Assembly: GCA_903889245.1 (NCBI GenBank)
Contig: CAISWQ010000028.1
Coordinates: 70,677 to 134,676 of the forward strand
Length of the DNA stretch: 64,000 nucleotides
Reading direction: 5' to 3'
From: an uncultured Lentisphaerota bacterium
GTDB taxonomy: Bacteria; Verrucomicrobiota; Kiritimatiellia; CAIQIC01
The translations under genes were made by a program, and so were the position numbers. Position 1 is the stretch's first letter. Each line of letters begins with the position of its first letter. A model generated the notes under the pieces. It searched no databases. It worked only from the letters and a program-made list of their open reading frames with translations, and was not told the DNA's origin. Positions 55,703 to 64,000 of the stretch are shown here, piece by piece.

Positions 55703-57013
55703 TCATAGCCAGGGGCGCAACAGTTTGGCCAGCCCTTGCAAGAGCGCATCGAGCCAAGGCCGGCGCCGCCAGTTGGCCAGCGTGATACGCCTGGAGAAGC
55801 GGACATCATGCTCGTACAGCGTCTGCAACTGCCGGGCCAACTCTGATGAACGGACAGCCACAGAAAGCTCACAGTTGCTCTCAAAGCTCCGATAGTCCAA
55901 GTTGGCCGAGCCGATGACGGAGACCGTCCCATCGAGGCACAGTGTCTTGGCGTGCAACATCCGTCCGCGCCGCTCGAAAATCTCGACACCCGCCGCCAGC
56001 AGCCGCGCATAGAATGCACGCGCCGCCAGCCGCAGCAGCGGTACATCGCTGACGCCCGGCAGCATCAGCCGCACCGCGACGCCACGGCGCGCGGCGGCGC
56101 ACAGCGCGTCAATGATCGCATCGGTGGGCGCAAAGTAGGCGACGGTAATCCACACGGACTGCCGCGCGGAGGCGACCAGTTCCCGCAGGCTGGCCGCCAC
56201 CAGCGAACGGCGCGCGGGCGCAGCGGCCAGCACTCCCAGGGCCCCCTCGGGCGTGAGCGGTACCACATGCTCTGCCGCCGCCGGGTCGGTGCCGCGGCGC
56301 GCATAACGCCAGATACGCGCGAACGCGGCCACCAGATGCCGCACCTGTGGCCCGCCCAGCACGAGCCCGGTGTCGCGCCACGGCCGGCCGCGGTAACGGC
56401 GGCGGCGATGGACAATCCACGGCCCGGCGTACTCCGCGCCGACATTCAAGCCGCCCACCTGCGCCATCTGATCATCCACCAACACCAGTTTGCGATGATC
56501 ACGCTGCGTAATGCGCCAGCGGCCGCGGTAGCGCCACGGCGCGAGCGGATGAAATTCGCACAGCCGTACACCGCAGGCGCGCATCTGCGAGAACAATTCA
56601 GGATCGGTGTCGTGGCAACCGAAGGCGTCATAGAGTACGAAGACCCGGACGCCCGAGCGCGCCTTACGGCAGAGCAAGGCGACAAATTCGCGCCCGGCCT
56701 CGTCGCTGCTGAAGATATACATCTCGACGCAGATGCGATGGCGTGCCAACAGGATGGCGTCATAGGCAGCGCGCAGCGCCTGGCCATCCTTGAGCAGTTG
56801 CACAGTGGTGCCATCGTTCAGCATCACGGGATCGGGCGTAACCCAATCCTCGAAGGTGCCGGTGATGGCGGCGCCGTCCATGCCCGCCGCGTCGGGGTGG
56901 TCATGGGGTTGTTGCCGCCAAGGCCGCCAACGTTGTTGAGAGAGCTGCCGCAACAAACTGCGTGAAGCCGCGGTTGCTGCCTGCTTGACACTCTTGAGGC
57001 GCCGGAAACTCAC
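55703..57013 (-). CDS. cls: Cardiolipin synthase (PLD superfamily, two HKD motifs)
   Basis: HAKTLCLDGTVSVIGSANLDYRSF plus a second HxK..D motif (HRKLVLVDDQMAQVGGLNV). Confidence 0.85.
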   Translation of the reverse strand: MSFRRLKSVKQAATAASRSLLRQLSQQRWRPWRQQPHDHPDAAGMDGAAITGTFEDWVTPDPVMLNDGTTVQLLKDGQALRAAYDAILLARHRICVEMYIFSSDEAGREFVALLCRKARSGVRVFVLYDAFGCHDTDPELFSQMRACGVRLCEFHPLAPWRYRGRWRITQRDHRKLVLVDDQMAQVGGLNVGAEYAGPWIVHRRRRYRGRPWRDTGLVLGGPQVRHLVAAFARIWRYARRGTDPAAAEHVVPLTPEGALGVLAAAPARRSLVAASLRELVASARQSVWITVAYFAPTDAIIDALCAAARRGVAVRLMLPGVSDVPLLRLAARAFYARLLAAGVEIFERRGRMLHAKTLCLDGTVSVIGSANLDYRSFESNCELSVAVRSSELARQLQTLYEHDVRFSRRITLANWRRRPWLDALLQGLAKLLRPWL

Positions 57014-57184
57014 GGCGCCACTTTAGGCGACCCCGCGCTGTTTTCCAAGGGGTTTAGTCGCCGCTGCGCCCCTCCCAGCTAGTCCGCCCCCTTCCCCAGC
57101 CGTCTTCTGCTGCCGCCATCTTGTCCGCTTGCGGGGTGCGGTTTTTTGCTGGCATCGGGCGGGCAATCGTTTATCTTCTGCCCC

Positions 57185-57259
57185 CGCCAACCGTGGCGCG
57201 GTAGCCAAGTGGTAAGGCGGAGGTCTGCAAAACCTCTATGCATCGGTTCGAATCCGATC
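57185..57259 (+). tRNA. tRNA-Cys (GCA)
   Basis: Cloverleaf folded by hand: acceptor stem GGCGCGG/CCGCGCC, D arm GCC..GGC, anticodon stem GAGGT/ACCTC with loop CTGCAAA (anticodon GCA), T arm ATCGG-TTCGAAT-CCGAT, discriminator T, encoded CCA. Confidence 0.85.
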
Positions 57260-57358
57260 CGCGCCTCCAGCCGCACTCTCGTCCCCGTTATTTCTTTATC
57301 CATCAGCGGATCACTGCGGCTCATCGGCAAACGAACGCGTCATGGTATGGCTGGCGGA

Positions 57359-58294
57359 TTAAGGTTTGTAGTCCCGCCACAGCCAACGCATTACCTCTGG
57401 AAAGATTTGTGTGCCGTGATTGCTGCTGTGCACGCCCTCGCCGAAGACGAACTTGTGGTCATAACCCTTTTCGTCGAGCGCAGCGGCCATGGCCTTGTTT
57501 GCGTCTGGCCAACTGCCAAACTGGTTGACGATGTCGTTGGCGCCATCCTGCTGGAAGATGCGGATCGGCTTTTTCGCGGAGGCACGGATGAGTTCGGGAT
57601 ATTTGTTGCCGCCGCGGATGTTAGTGAAGCTGCCTACAGTGGTGAAACATTTACGGAACTCGTCGGGCCGTTCCCAGCACACCGTCCAAGCGCAGATGCC
57701 GCCGCTACTGCTGCCGGCGATGCAACGACCAGCCGGATTCTTGGTCAGGTTATACTTTTTGCCGACTTCTGGCAGGATTTCCTCCATCAGGAAGCGCACA
57801 TAGTCGGCGCTAAGGGTGTCATATTCCTTGCTACGGTTGGCGCGCGGAGCGGGGCGCCCATCGGCACGCTTGCGCGGTTTTTCGCCGGGTTTGAGGGGAA
57901 AGTCACCCGGCTGGATGAAGATGCCGATCGTCACCGGCATCTCCCGCTTGGCGATGAGATTATCGAAGACGGTTGGCGCTTTATACATGACACCGTCCTG
58001 GCACACAAAAACACACGCCGGTTTGGTGGCGTCATATTGTTTGGGGATATAGACCCAATATTTCCGCACGGTGCCGGGAAACACCTTGCTGTTGTTCCAT
58101 TCATATTCCGTGACCGACCCCTTCGGTACACCGGGTTGCTCCTCCGAGTCCAGCGTCAGCTTTTTATATTGATCATCGGGTGACACCTTCTGTGGCCCGG
58201 CAGCCTGCAACGGTGTCAGCAACAGAGCGGCGGGGACGAACATTAACGTACCGATCAAGCGCCGAGTGATGTTTTGCTTCATGTATATCTCCAA
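57359..58294 (-). CDS. Secreted alpha/beta-hydrolase fold esterase (enterochelin/feruloyl esterase-like)
   Basis: Signal peptide, then the GSSSGG nucleophile-elbow region (GCIAGSSSGGICAW), with overall length and pattern typical of putative esterases. Confidence 0.7.
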   Translation of the reverse strand: MEIYMKQNITRRLIGTLMFVPAALLLTPLQAAGPQKVSPDDQYKKLTLDSEEQPGVPKGSVTEYEWNNSKVFPGTVRKYWVYIPKQYDATKPACVFVCQDGVMYKAPTVFDNLIAKREMPVTIGIFIQPGDFPLKPGEKPRKRADGRPAPRANRSKEYDTLSADYVRFLMEEILPEVGKKYNLTKNPAGRCIAGSSSGGICAWTVCWERPDEFRKCFTTVGSFTNIRGGNKYPELIRASAKKPIRIFQQDGANDIVNQFGSWPDANKAMAAALDEKGYDHKFVFGEGVHSSNHGTQIFPEVMRWLWRDYKP

Positions 58295-58473
58295 TGGTGA
58301 CGCGTTAGGCCAGCAGCGTGCGGGTGGCTTTTTGCATGACGGATGCTATCGCCACGCCCGATCTTTGTCCATGCCCGTGTAATAGGCTTGTCCGCTCTCT
58401 GTGCACTAACCATACTGCAAGGCGCGAGCCGGTGCGCATCAAGCCGGATCTCAATCCGGCGGGCCTTGGCGTG

Positions 58474-60930
58474 GGACTAAGAATGAAAAAACTTTTGTTT
58501 GTGTTTGGATCCATAGTGACAGCCATCCTGTCCGATGTGCATGCCGACCTTTTAGATGAAGCGCTCGCCGGTCCGCTCAACACGACGACTGACCTCGTCT
58601 TCTGCATCCGTTCCCCATATAACGATGGACATTGGTACGCCAACATCGGTTACTATTGCGATGACACCGGCAAGAAAGCCTACGCCGGCAACGGCCAACC
58701 CGACAAAGGCGTCCTCTATCGCTACAACCTGCGCACACACACGAAGACGGTCCTGCTTGACGCCAAGGGCGGCAGCGTCCGCGATCCCCACGTGGACTAT
58801 GATGGACACACCCTGCTGTTCTCCTATCGTCCGGCCGGCACCGATTATTATCATCTCTATGAAATGCAGGCGGATGGGACGGGTCTGCGGCAACTCACCG
58901 AGGGACCGTGGGACGACTTCGAGCCCTGCCGCCTGCCCGATGGTGATATCGTTTTTGTTTCCACTCGTTGCAAACGCTGGGTGAGTTGCTGGTACACGCA
59001 GGTCGGCACGCTGCATCGCTGCAAACCGGATGGTACCGGGATCACCGTGCTCTCCGCCAATATCGAACATGACAATACGCCTGCCGTCATGCCCGATGGC
59101 CGCATCCTCTATATGCGTTGGGAATACATTGATCGCTCCCAGGTCGAATACCACCACCTTTGGACCATGAATCCCGACGGCACGGGCGTCAACGTCTTCT
59201 TCGGCAATATGCATTCGTGGACGGTGATGATTGACGCGCAGCCCGTACCCGGGTCGCACGAGGTCATTGCCAGTTTCTCACCCGGTCACGGTATGAACGA
59301 ACATGCCGGGTTCGCCACCCTCGTTTCGCCGCGCGCCGGTCCGGACCATGAACCTTCCGCGCGTCGCCTGAGCGACAAGGGCAACATCCGTGATCCCCAA
59401 GCGCTCTCCAAGGATCTGTTCCTGATGGCGCGTGGAAAACAGATCATCCTCATGAATCGCGCCGGCAAAGAGCAGGTGCTCTATACTAATGCCGAGGTGG
59501 CCGTTCATGAACCGCGGGTGTTGCGCCCCCGACCGCGCGAGCCGATCATCTCGAACCGGCGAAAAGCGGAAACCGCCACGGGCCAGTTCGTACTTGTGGA
59601 TGTTTACGCGGGCCGCAACATGGCGGGTGTCAAACGGGGCGATGTGAAAAAGCTACTCGTGCTCGAACCGCTTCCCAAACCTGTTAACTTCAGTGGTGGC
59701 ATGGATCTGACGACCTTCACCGGTTCGTTCAATCTTGAACGGGTGCTCGGAACCGTGCCAGTCGAGGCCGATGGCAGCGCCTCATTCATCGCGCCTGCTG
59801 GCCGCCCGCTCTTTTTCGTCTCGCTCGACGCGAACGACATGTCCGTGAAACGCATGCAGAGCTTCGCCAACCTCATGCCCGGCGAGACCTTCACCTGCGT
59901 CGGTTGCCACGAGGAACGCGCCAGCGCCGCAGGAACCGATCGCCGCGAAGGCACGCTCCTGGCCTTGCAGCGTCCGCCGTCGGTCATACAACCGTTTACG
60001 GGATTTCCAGACGTCTTCGATTTCAAGCGCGACATACAACCCATTCTCAACCGTCATTGCATTGCCTGCCACAACCCGGAGAAACGCGCGGGCAACCTCA
60101 ATCTCATCGCTGCCCAGTCACCCACCTTCTGCAACACCTACATGGCGCTCATCCTCCGGCGCGAGTTCATGGATGGCCGCAACGGCCTCGGCAACCAGCC
60201 GCCGCGCAGTATCGGCAGCGCAGCCAGCCCCCTGCTCGGCCGCCTCTCCGGCGGCCACAAGGGTGTCAAGGTCTCGCCCGAGGAATGGCGCACCGTCTGG
60301 CTCTGGATCGAGGCCGCTGCACCCTACGGCGGCAGCTATGCCGCACTGCGCAACACCGAGGAACAGAATTACTACGGCCACGCTGGCCATAAATTTTTTG
60401 GCGAGTGCCGCGATGTCTTCAAACGCCGCTGCTTCGAGTGCCACAAAAACACCGCTGATCGCAATATCGCAGGTATTCCTTTCAACTGGGATATACGCCA
60501 CAAAAAGGAGCGGAACCTGGCAGGTCACCCGACGGCACACTTCGAGAGGACCGTCATCCCGAACGATCCTGCGCGCCTCTTCGATGCCAGTGTGGTGCTG
60601 AACTACACCCAGCCTGAAGCGTCCAGCATCCTGCTCGCCCCGCTCGCCAAGGAGGCGGGCGGCTACGGACGCTGCGGCAAGGCGATCTTTACGAGCAAGA
60701 ACGATCCCGATTACATGAAGTTGCTGGCCTCCATCCGAAGCGGCAAGGCGCTCATTGATGCGCGCCCGCCGTGGGGCGCGCCCGGCTGGAAACCCAACCT
60801 GCAATACGTGCGCGAGATGAAACGCTTCGGCCTGTTGCCCGCGTCGTTCGACCCCGCCAACGAAAAACTCGATCCCTTTGCCATGGACCAGGCCTACTGG
60901 CGTTCACTCTGGCCGCAAACGACTCCCTGA
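58474..60930 (+). CDS. Secreted beta-propeller (TolB/PD40-like) protein with C-terminal Planctomycete-type cytochrome c domain (three CxxCH)
   Basis: Signal peptide MKKLLFVFGSIVTAIL. WD/PD40-like repeats (DPHVDYDGHTLLFSY; PDGDIVFVSTR; PDGRILYMRWEY). Heme motifs CVGCH, CIACH and CFECH. The track ORF starts at 58318; an ATG at 58474 gives the signal peptide. Confidence 0.75.
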   Translation, partial: GLRMKKLLFVFGSIVTAILSDVHADLLDEALAGPLNTTTDLVFCIRSPYNDGHWYANIGYYCDDTGKKAYAGNGQPDKGVLYRYNLRTHTKTVLLDAKGGSVRDPHVDYDGHTLLFSYRPAGTDYYHLYEMQADGTGLRQLTEGPWDDFEPCRLPDGDIVFVSTRCKRWVSCWYTQVGTLHRCKPDGTGITVLSANIEHDNTPAVMPDGRILYMRWEYIDRSQVEYHHLWTMNPDGTGVNVFFGNMHSWTVMIDAQPVPGSHEVIASFSPGHGMNEHAGFATLVSPRAGPDHEPSARRLSDKGNIRDPQALSKDLFLMARGKQIILMNRAGKEQVLYTNAEVAVHEPRVLRPRPREPIISNRRKAETATGQFVLVDVYAGRNMAGVKRGDVKKLLVLEPLPKPVNFSGGMDLTTFTGSFNLERVLGTVPVEADGSASFIAPAGRPLFFVSLDANDMSVKRMQSFANLMPGETFTCVGCHEERASAAGTDRREGTLLALQRPPSVIQPFTGFPDVFDFKRDIQPILNRHCIACHNPEKRAGNLNLIAAQSPTFCNTYMALILRREFMDGRNGLGNQPPRSIGSAASPLLGRLSGGHKGVKVSPEEWRTVWLWIEAAAPYGGSYAALRNTEEQNYYGHAGHKFFGECRDVFKRRCFECHKNTADRNIAGIPFNWDIRHKKERNLAGHPTAHFERTVIPNDPARLFDASVVLNYTQPEASSILLAPLAKEAGGYGRCGKAIFTSKNDPDYMKLLASIRSGKALIDARPPWGAPGWKPNLQYVREMKRFGLLPASFDPANEKLDPFAMDQAYWRSLWPQTTP

Positions 60931-60939
60931 TCTTCCTGC

Positions 60940-61028
60940 AACACCGCTGTTTCCAAACCTTGGAAAAAATTCCGTGAGATTTTCCAATGCCTGGATAAAC
61001 CGATGGGGTCCGTTTCCAATCCTTGGGA
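60940..61028. repeat. Array of three TTTCCAAnCnTTGGAAA-type palindromes between convergent genes
   Basis: gtttccaaaccttggaaaaaa / ttttccaatgcctggataaa / gtttccaatccttgggaaaca. Confidence 0.7.
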
Positions 61029-61033
61029 AACAT

Positions 61034-63340
61034 TTACTTGATCACGCGGGCTTCGGTGTTGGCGATCTCGCGGTTGGCGAACTCGTCGGTGAGATACCAC
61101 TCTTGATAGAGGCGCTCGATTTGCCGAAACCACCACTCGACCGAGGACCGCGTCAGCGTGGGCTTCACATCCTTCGGGCGTTGGTCGTCGCGGATCGGCG
61201 GGCGAATGCGGTCGGCGGGCGGTTGGTAGGCGGGATCGAAGACCAGCAACGGCAGGGTGTCCGCGGGCAACAACTGACGCCAGAGGAAGGCCTGCATTTT
61301 GTCCTCGGCCGGCACGGCTTCGCGGACGACTTCCTTGTCGCCAACTTTCGTGGCGCCCACGACGGTCAGGTTGACCGGCTTCTCCATCTCCGTCAGCGTG
61401 GTCTTGATCGCGAGGCCCACGGACTCCTGTTTGGCGGCCAGCGTAGCGCCGCCCGATTCAAAACCCGCAGGAAGATCCTTGAACTTCAGCGTAATTGGCC
61501 CATCGAAGCCGTCCTTGCGCATGGCAAAGACGGTCACAGCCGCCGAGCCCTTGGCGGGCATGACGAGGCGGGAAGGAATCATACGGAGCACAAAGTCGGG
61601 CTGCGGTTGGCTGATCCGCAGGCGGTAGGCAAATTCCTTGCCGCCCTGCCGCCGGGTGTCGCCGAGGTGGATGAAATATTTTCCGTCGGCGGGCAGCTTC
61701 ACCATGAGATAGGCATCGGCGTGATCGGTGTTCAGGCCCGTGCCGGCATCATAATGATCATCGTTCAGTGCGATGATCTTGCCATCCGCGCCGGTAACCT
61801 TGAGGAAGGAATCCAGCGGCGAGCCGAGGCGGCGCGCGGTCACTTCCGCGACGAGAACCTCGCCGGCCTTGCCTTCCACCTCGAAGACATCCCAGTCGCC
61901 GGGCTGATCCATGCGTCCGTTGATGATGATGGGCAGCGTCACCTTCTGCGCGTTGGTCGTGCTGTGGTTGGGCTCCGTGTCCCGGCCTTCGGGCAGCGTG
62001 TCCAGCGCGAACGGCACATAATTGGAGACGAGTTTCCCGTGGGTGGCGGCCAGCAAATGGTGGCCCGGTTTGGCATCCTTGGGCGGCGGCGCGAGCGTGG
62101 CCTTCTCCAGGTTCCAGCCGTTCATCTCGATCTGGACCGGCTCGCCCGCGCGGCCGCCCAGCGGGAAGATGCTGGTGATGTAAGGCAGTTCGCCGATGGT
62201 GATCCGGTACACAAAACTCTCGCGGCCGCGGAAGAGCGCCTCGTTGATGGAGAGCAGATACTCGCCGTCTTCGGGGACCTCGAAATAGAGCAGCGGATCG
62301 GGATGGGAGCGGAAGTCATCGTTGTAGGCCAGTTCCTTGCCGCTGGCGTCGCGCAGCTTCAGCACGGCCTGGCACCAGCCGGGGACGCCATCGGGCACGT
62401 AGGGGATCAGGTCGCGGGCGCGGGCGGAAATGACCAGCCGCTGTCCCTTGCCGGCCTGGAAGCGATAGCGGTTCACCTCGCCCGCCGCGATCTGGCCGTT
62501 CATCGTGCAGGGCACCGTGACGCGCAGTTCCTCCTCCTCGCGCGGCCGTTTGCGTTGCGACTGGAACTCCTTGCCGAGCACCGGGAGCCGCATGGTCTTC
62601 ATCGGCTTGCGGGCCACTTCCGGCACCTGACCCACGAAGAAGGAGAGCGGATTGGAGACGCCCTTCTTGGTGATCACGCGGATTTCCCGCCGGCCCGGCT
62701 TGGCGTCCGGCGCAATCGTGAGCTCCGCAAAGACCAGCTCGGTCTGGGAGCGGACGGCGGGGTCGCGCTCGTCTTCTGCGAACATCCGCTGAATTCGTTC
62801 AATCAGCTTCTCCTTGGCCACGTCCTTCTCGGACTTGGGCGCGGCGCTCTTGGCGTCCTTCTCGCCGGGTTTTGTGACCTTGGGTTTCTCCAGCTTCGTG
62901 TTGCACTTGATGCAGACCGTGGCGTCGGGCGCGTTGGCGGTGGCGCAGACCGGGCACATCAGGGATGGCGCGGCGTTGGGGCCGGTATCCGGGCCGATGG
63001 GCGCGGGAAATTCAAATGACGCCATCTTCGCGGCCATCGCATCATCCACCACCGTTTCCTTCTTCCGCAATTCGTTCAGTTGCTGGTTGACCAGCCCCAT
63101 CTCCTGGTTGTCCAGAATCCGGTAGTAATCCACGAGCCGGGCGGAAACGCCCTCGCCGGTCACGATGACATCGGAGGCATGAACCAAGCCCTGCCCACCC
63201 AGCCGGATCGGGAAGGTGGTGTCCTGCTGGCCGCCGGCGGGATAGACGAATCCGATGTACTGGTTCTGCGCCCACGTTGACGCTGCCGCCGACACGAGGA
63301 GGCCCAGCACCAAGAGTTGAAGCCTGTTGAATCTATTCAT
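61034..63340 (-). CDS. Secreted protein with pre-peptidase C-terminal (PPC)-type beta-sandwich domains and a zinc-ribbon insert
   Basis: Signal peptide MNRFNRLQLLVLGLLVSAAASTWAQ. PPC-like signatures (DVFEVEGKAGEVLVAEVTARRLGSPLDSFLKVTGADGKIIALNDD; RYRFQAGKGQRLVISARARDL...AYNDD). CPVCATANAPDATVCIKC. The track uses a TTG start at 63379. Confidence 0.7.
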   Translation of the reverse strand: MNRFNRLQLLVLGLLVSAAASTWAQNQYIGFVYPAGGQQDTTFPIRLGGQGLVHASDVIVTGEGVSARLVDYYRILDNQEMGLVNQQLNELRKKETVVDDAMAAKMASFEFPAPIGPDTGPNAAPSLMCPVCATANAPDATVCIKCNTKLEKPKVTKPGEKDAKSAAPKSEKDVAKEKLIERIQRMFAEDERDPAVRSQTELVFAELTIAPDAKPGRREIRVITKKGVSNPLSFFVGQVPEVARKPMKTMRLPVLGKEFQSQRKRPREEEELRVTVPCTMNGQIAAGEVNRYRFQAGKGQRLVISARARDLIPYVPDGVPGWCQAVLKLRDASGKELAYNDDFRSHPDPLLYFEVPEDGEYLLSINEALFRGRESFVYRITIGELPYITSIFPLGGRAGEPVQIEMNGWNLEKATLAPPPKDAKPGHHLLAATHGKLVSNYVPFALDTLPEGRDTEPNHSTTNAQKVTLPIIINGRMDQPGDWDVFEVEGKAGEVLVAEVTARRLGSPLDSFLKVTGADGKIIALNDDHYDAGTGLNTDHADAYLMVKLPADGKYFIHLGDTRRQGGKEFAYRLRISQPQPDFVLRMIPSRLVMPAKGSAAVTVFAMRKDGFDGPITLKFKDLPAGFESGGATLAAKQESVGLAIKTTLTEMEKPVNLTVVGATKVGDKEVVREAVPAEDKMQAFLWRQLLPADTLPLLVFDPAYQPPADRIRPPIRDDQRPKDVKPTLTRSSVEWWFRQIERLYQEWYLTDEFANREIANTEARVIK

Positions 63341-63364
63341 GTGAGTAACGCTGACTTTGGCTGC

Positions 63365-63440
63365 GCCGGAAAGTTCCAAGCCTTGGAAAAAAGTCCTGCG
63401 CGAACTTCCAAGCCTTGGAAATTTTCCAGACGGAAAAATG
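63365..63440. repeat. Two to three TTCCAAGCCTTGGAA palindromes upstream of the PPC-protein gene
   Basis: gttccaagccttggaaaaaa, cttccaagccttggaaatt, ttttccagacggaaaaa. Confidence 0.75.
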
Positions 63441-63447
63441 TTGCTGG

Positions 63448-64000
63448 TTACGGCTCATGTTCGAGCTCCAGCGTAAGCGACAGCGGGGCCCGGCCGGCCG
63501 TATTCTCCTTGGCGAAAAACTTGAAGTCGCACTCCATCCCCGATACAGCCTGGGTGCGCCCCGGTCCCAAGGCGAGGGTGATGATCCGCGGCCCCGTTGG
63601 GCTGATCTGGCTGCGCACGAAGGCGCTCAACTTCCCAGCGTGATCCGGAAACTGCAGCAGACTGCCAGCGGGTGTCGCGCCCGTGCTGAAGCGCAAAACC
63701 TCCAGTGACTGCGCCAGACTGCCGAACGTGAAGTTGATACTGCCCGAGGCTGTGTAGTCGGTGATCACGCCCCGGCCCGTGGCATCCTGCACGGCCTGAT
63801 AAGTCACCGCAGTCAGATCGGGATTCATACCGAGGCCAAGCAGTTCCAGCTCGATCGGCCTGGCCGGCGCCCAACCGGGCATACCGTATAACTTATGGTT
63901 TTGGGCAACCACGCCCGCCAGCCGCGCGCGGGTCACCTTCCACCCGGCCGGCAACGGTGGCAGGGCAAACTGCACCAAGCCCAGATGCCCCGCGTCCACG
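63448..64000 (-). CDS. Hypothetical protein, 3'-terminal part (gene continues beyond window end on minus strand)
   Basis: Open frame to the window edge, with coding-like composition and no recognised motif. Confidence 0.4.
   Translation of the reverse strand, partial: VDAGHLGLVQFALPPLPAGWKVTRARLAGVVAQNHKLYGMPGWAPARPIELELLGLGMNPDLTAVTYQAVQDATGRGVITDYTASGSINFTFGSLAQSLEVLRFSTGATPAGSLLQFPDHAGKLSAFVRSQISPTGPRIITLALGPGRTQAVSGMECDFKFFAKENTAGRAPLSLTLELEHEP

Noticed and set aside
57185-57259. tRNA-Cys as the attachment site of the island
   Set aside because: The integrase remnant is ~5 kb away with ftsH, folP and cls in between, and no direct repeat of the tRNA 3' end was seen inside the window. The classical tRNA-att relationship is therefore not supported here.
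60940-61028. TTCCAAG palindromes as rho-independent terminators
   Set aside because: Each hairpin is preceded by a T-run and followed by an A-run, so neither strand gives a stem followed by a U-tract. The arrays also occur in promoter regions.

Overview
This is a high-GC (~65%) bacterial window whose gene content suggests the PVC superphylum (Verrucomicrobia/Planctomycetes): many double-zinc-ribbon proteins, a Planctomycete-type cytochrome domain and FGE-sulfatase fusions. The ~49-kb accessory block is bounded by the DUF58/BatA aerotolerance-type operon at its 5' end and a frameshifted tyrosine-integrase remnant at its 3' end, where the core genes ftsH, folP, cls and tRNA-Cys(GCA) follow.

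The block holds 11 Hanks-type Ser/Thr kinases, 7 of which share a near-identical N-terminal kinase 'head' and a conserved 5' leader but carry different C-terminal sensor tails. It also holds a zinc-ribbon HTH / zinc-ribbon SPFH / zinc-ribbon FHA / lipoprotein operon, a RelE/Phd toxin-antitoxin pair and a DUF4143 AAA+ ATPase, and both of these look like cassette insertions flanked by duplicated 3' gene ends.

The most striking feature is a five-gene minus-strand operon that encodes a eukaryote-like ESCRT-III (Snf7/CHMP) protein and a Vps4-like ATPase (MIT domain plus meiotic-clade AAA).

Intergenic DNA is packed with two dispersed repeat families: (i) a composite miniature repeat built from two hairpins with complementary loops, and (ii) arrays of the 19-bp palindrome TTTTCCAAGnCTTGGAAAA phased at ~31 bp. 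Copies of (ii) are also embedded in-frame in the linker regions of kinase genes.

Many long antisense ORFs in the six-frame track are GC-driven artefacts and were not called.
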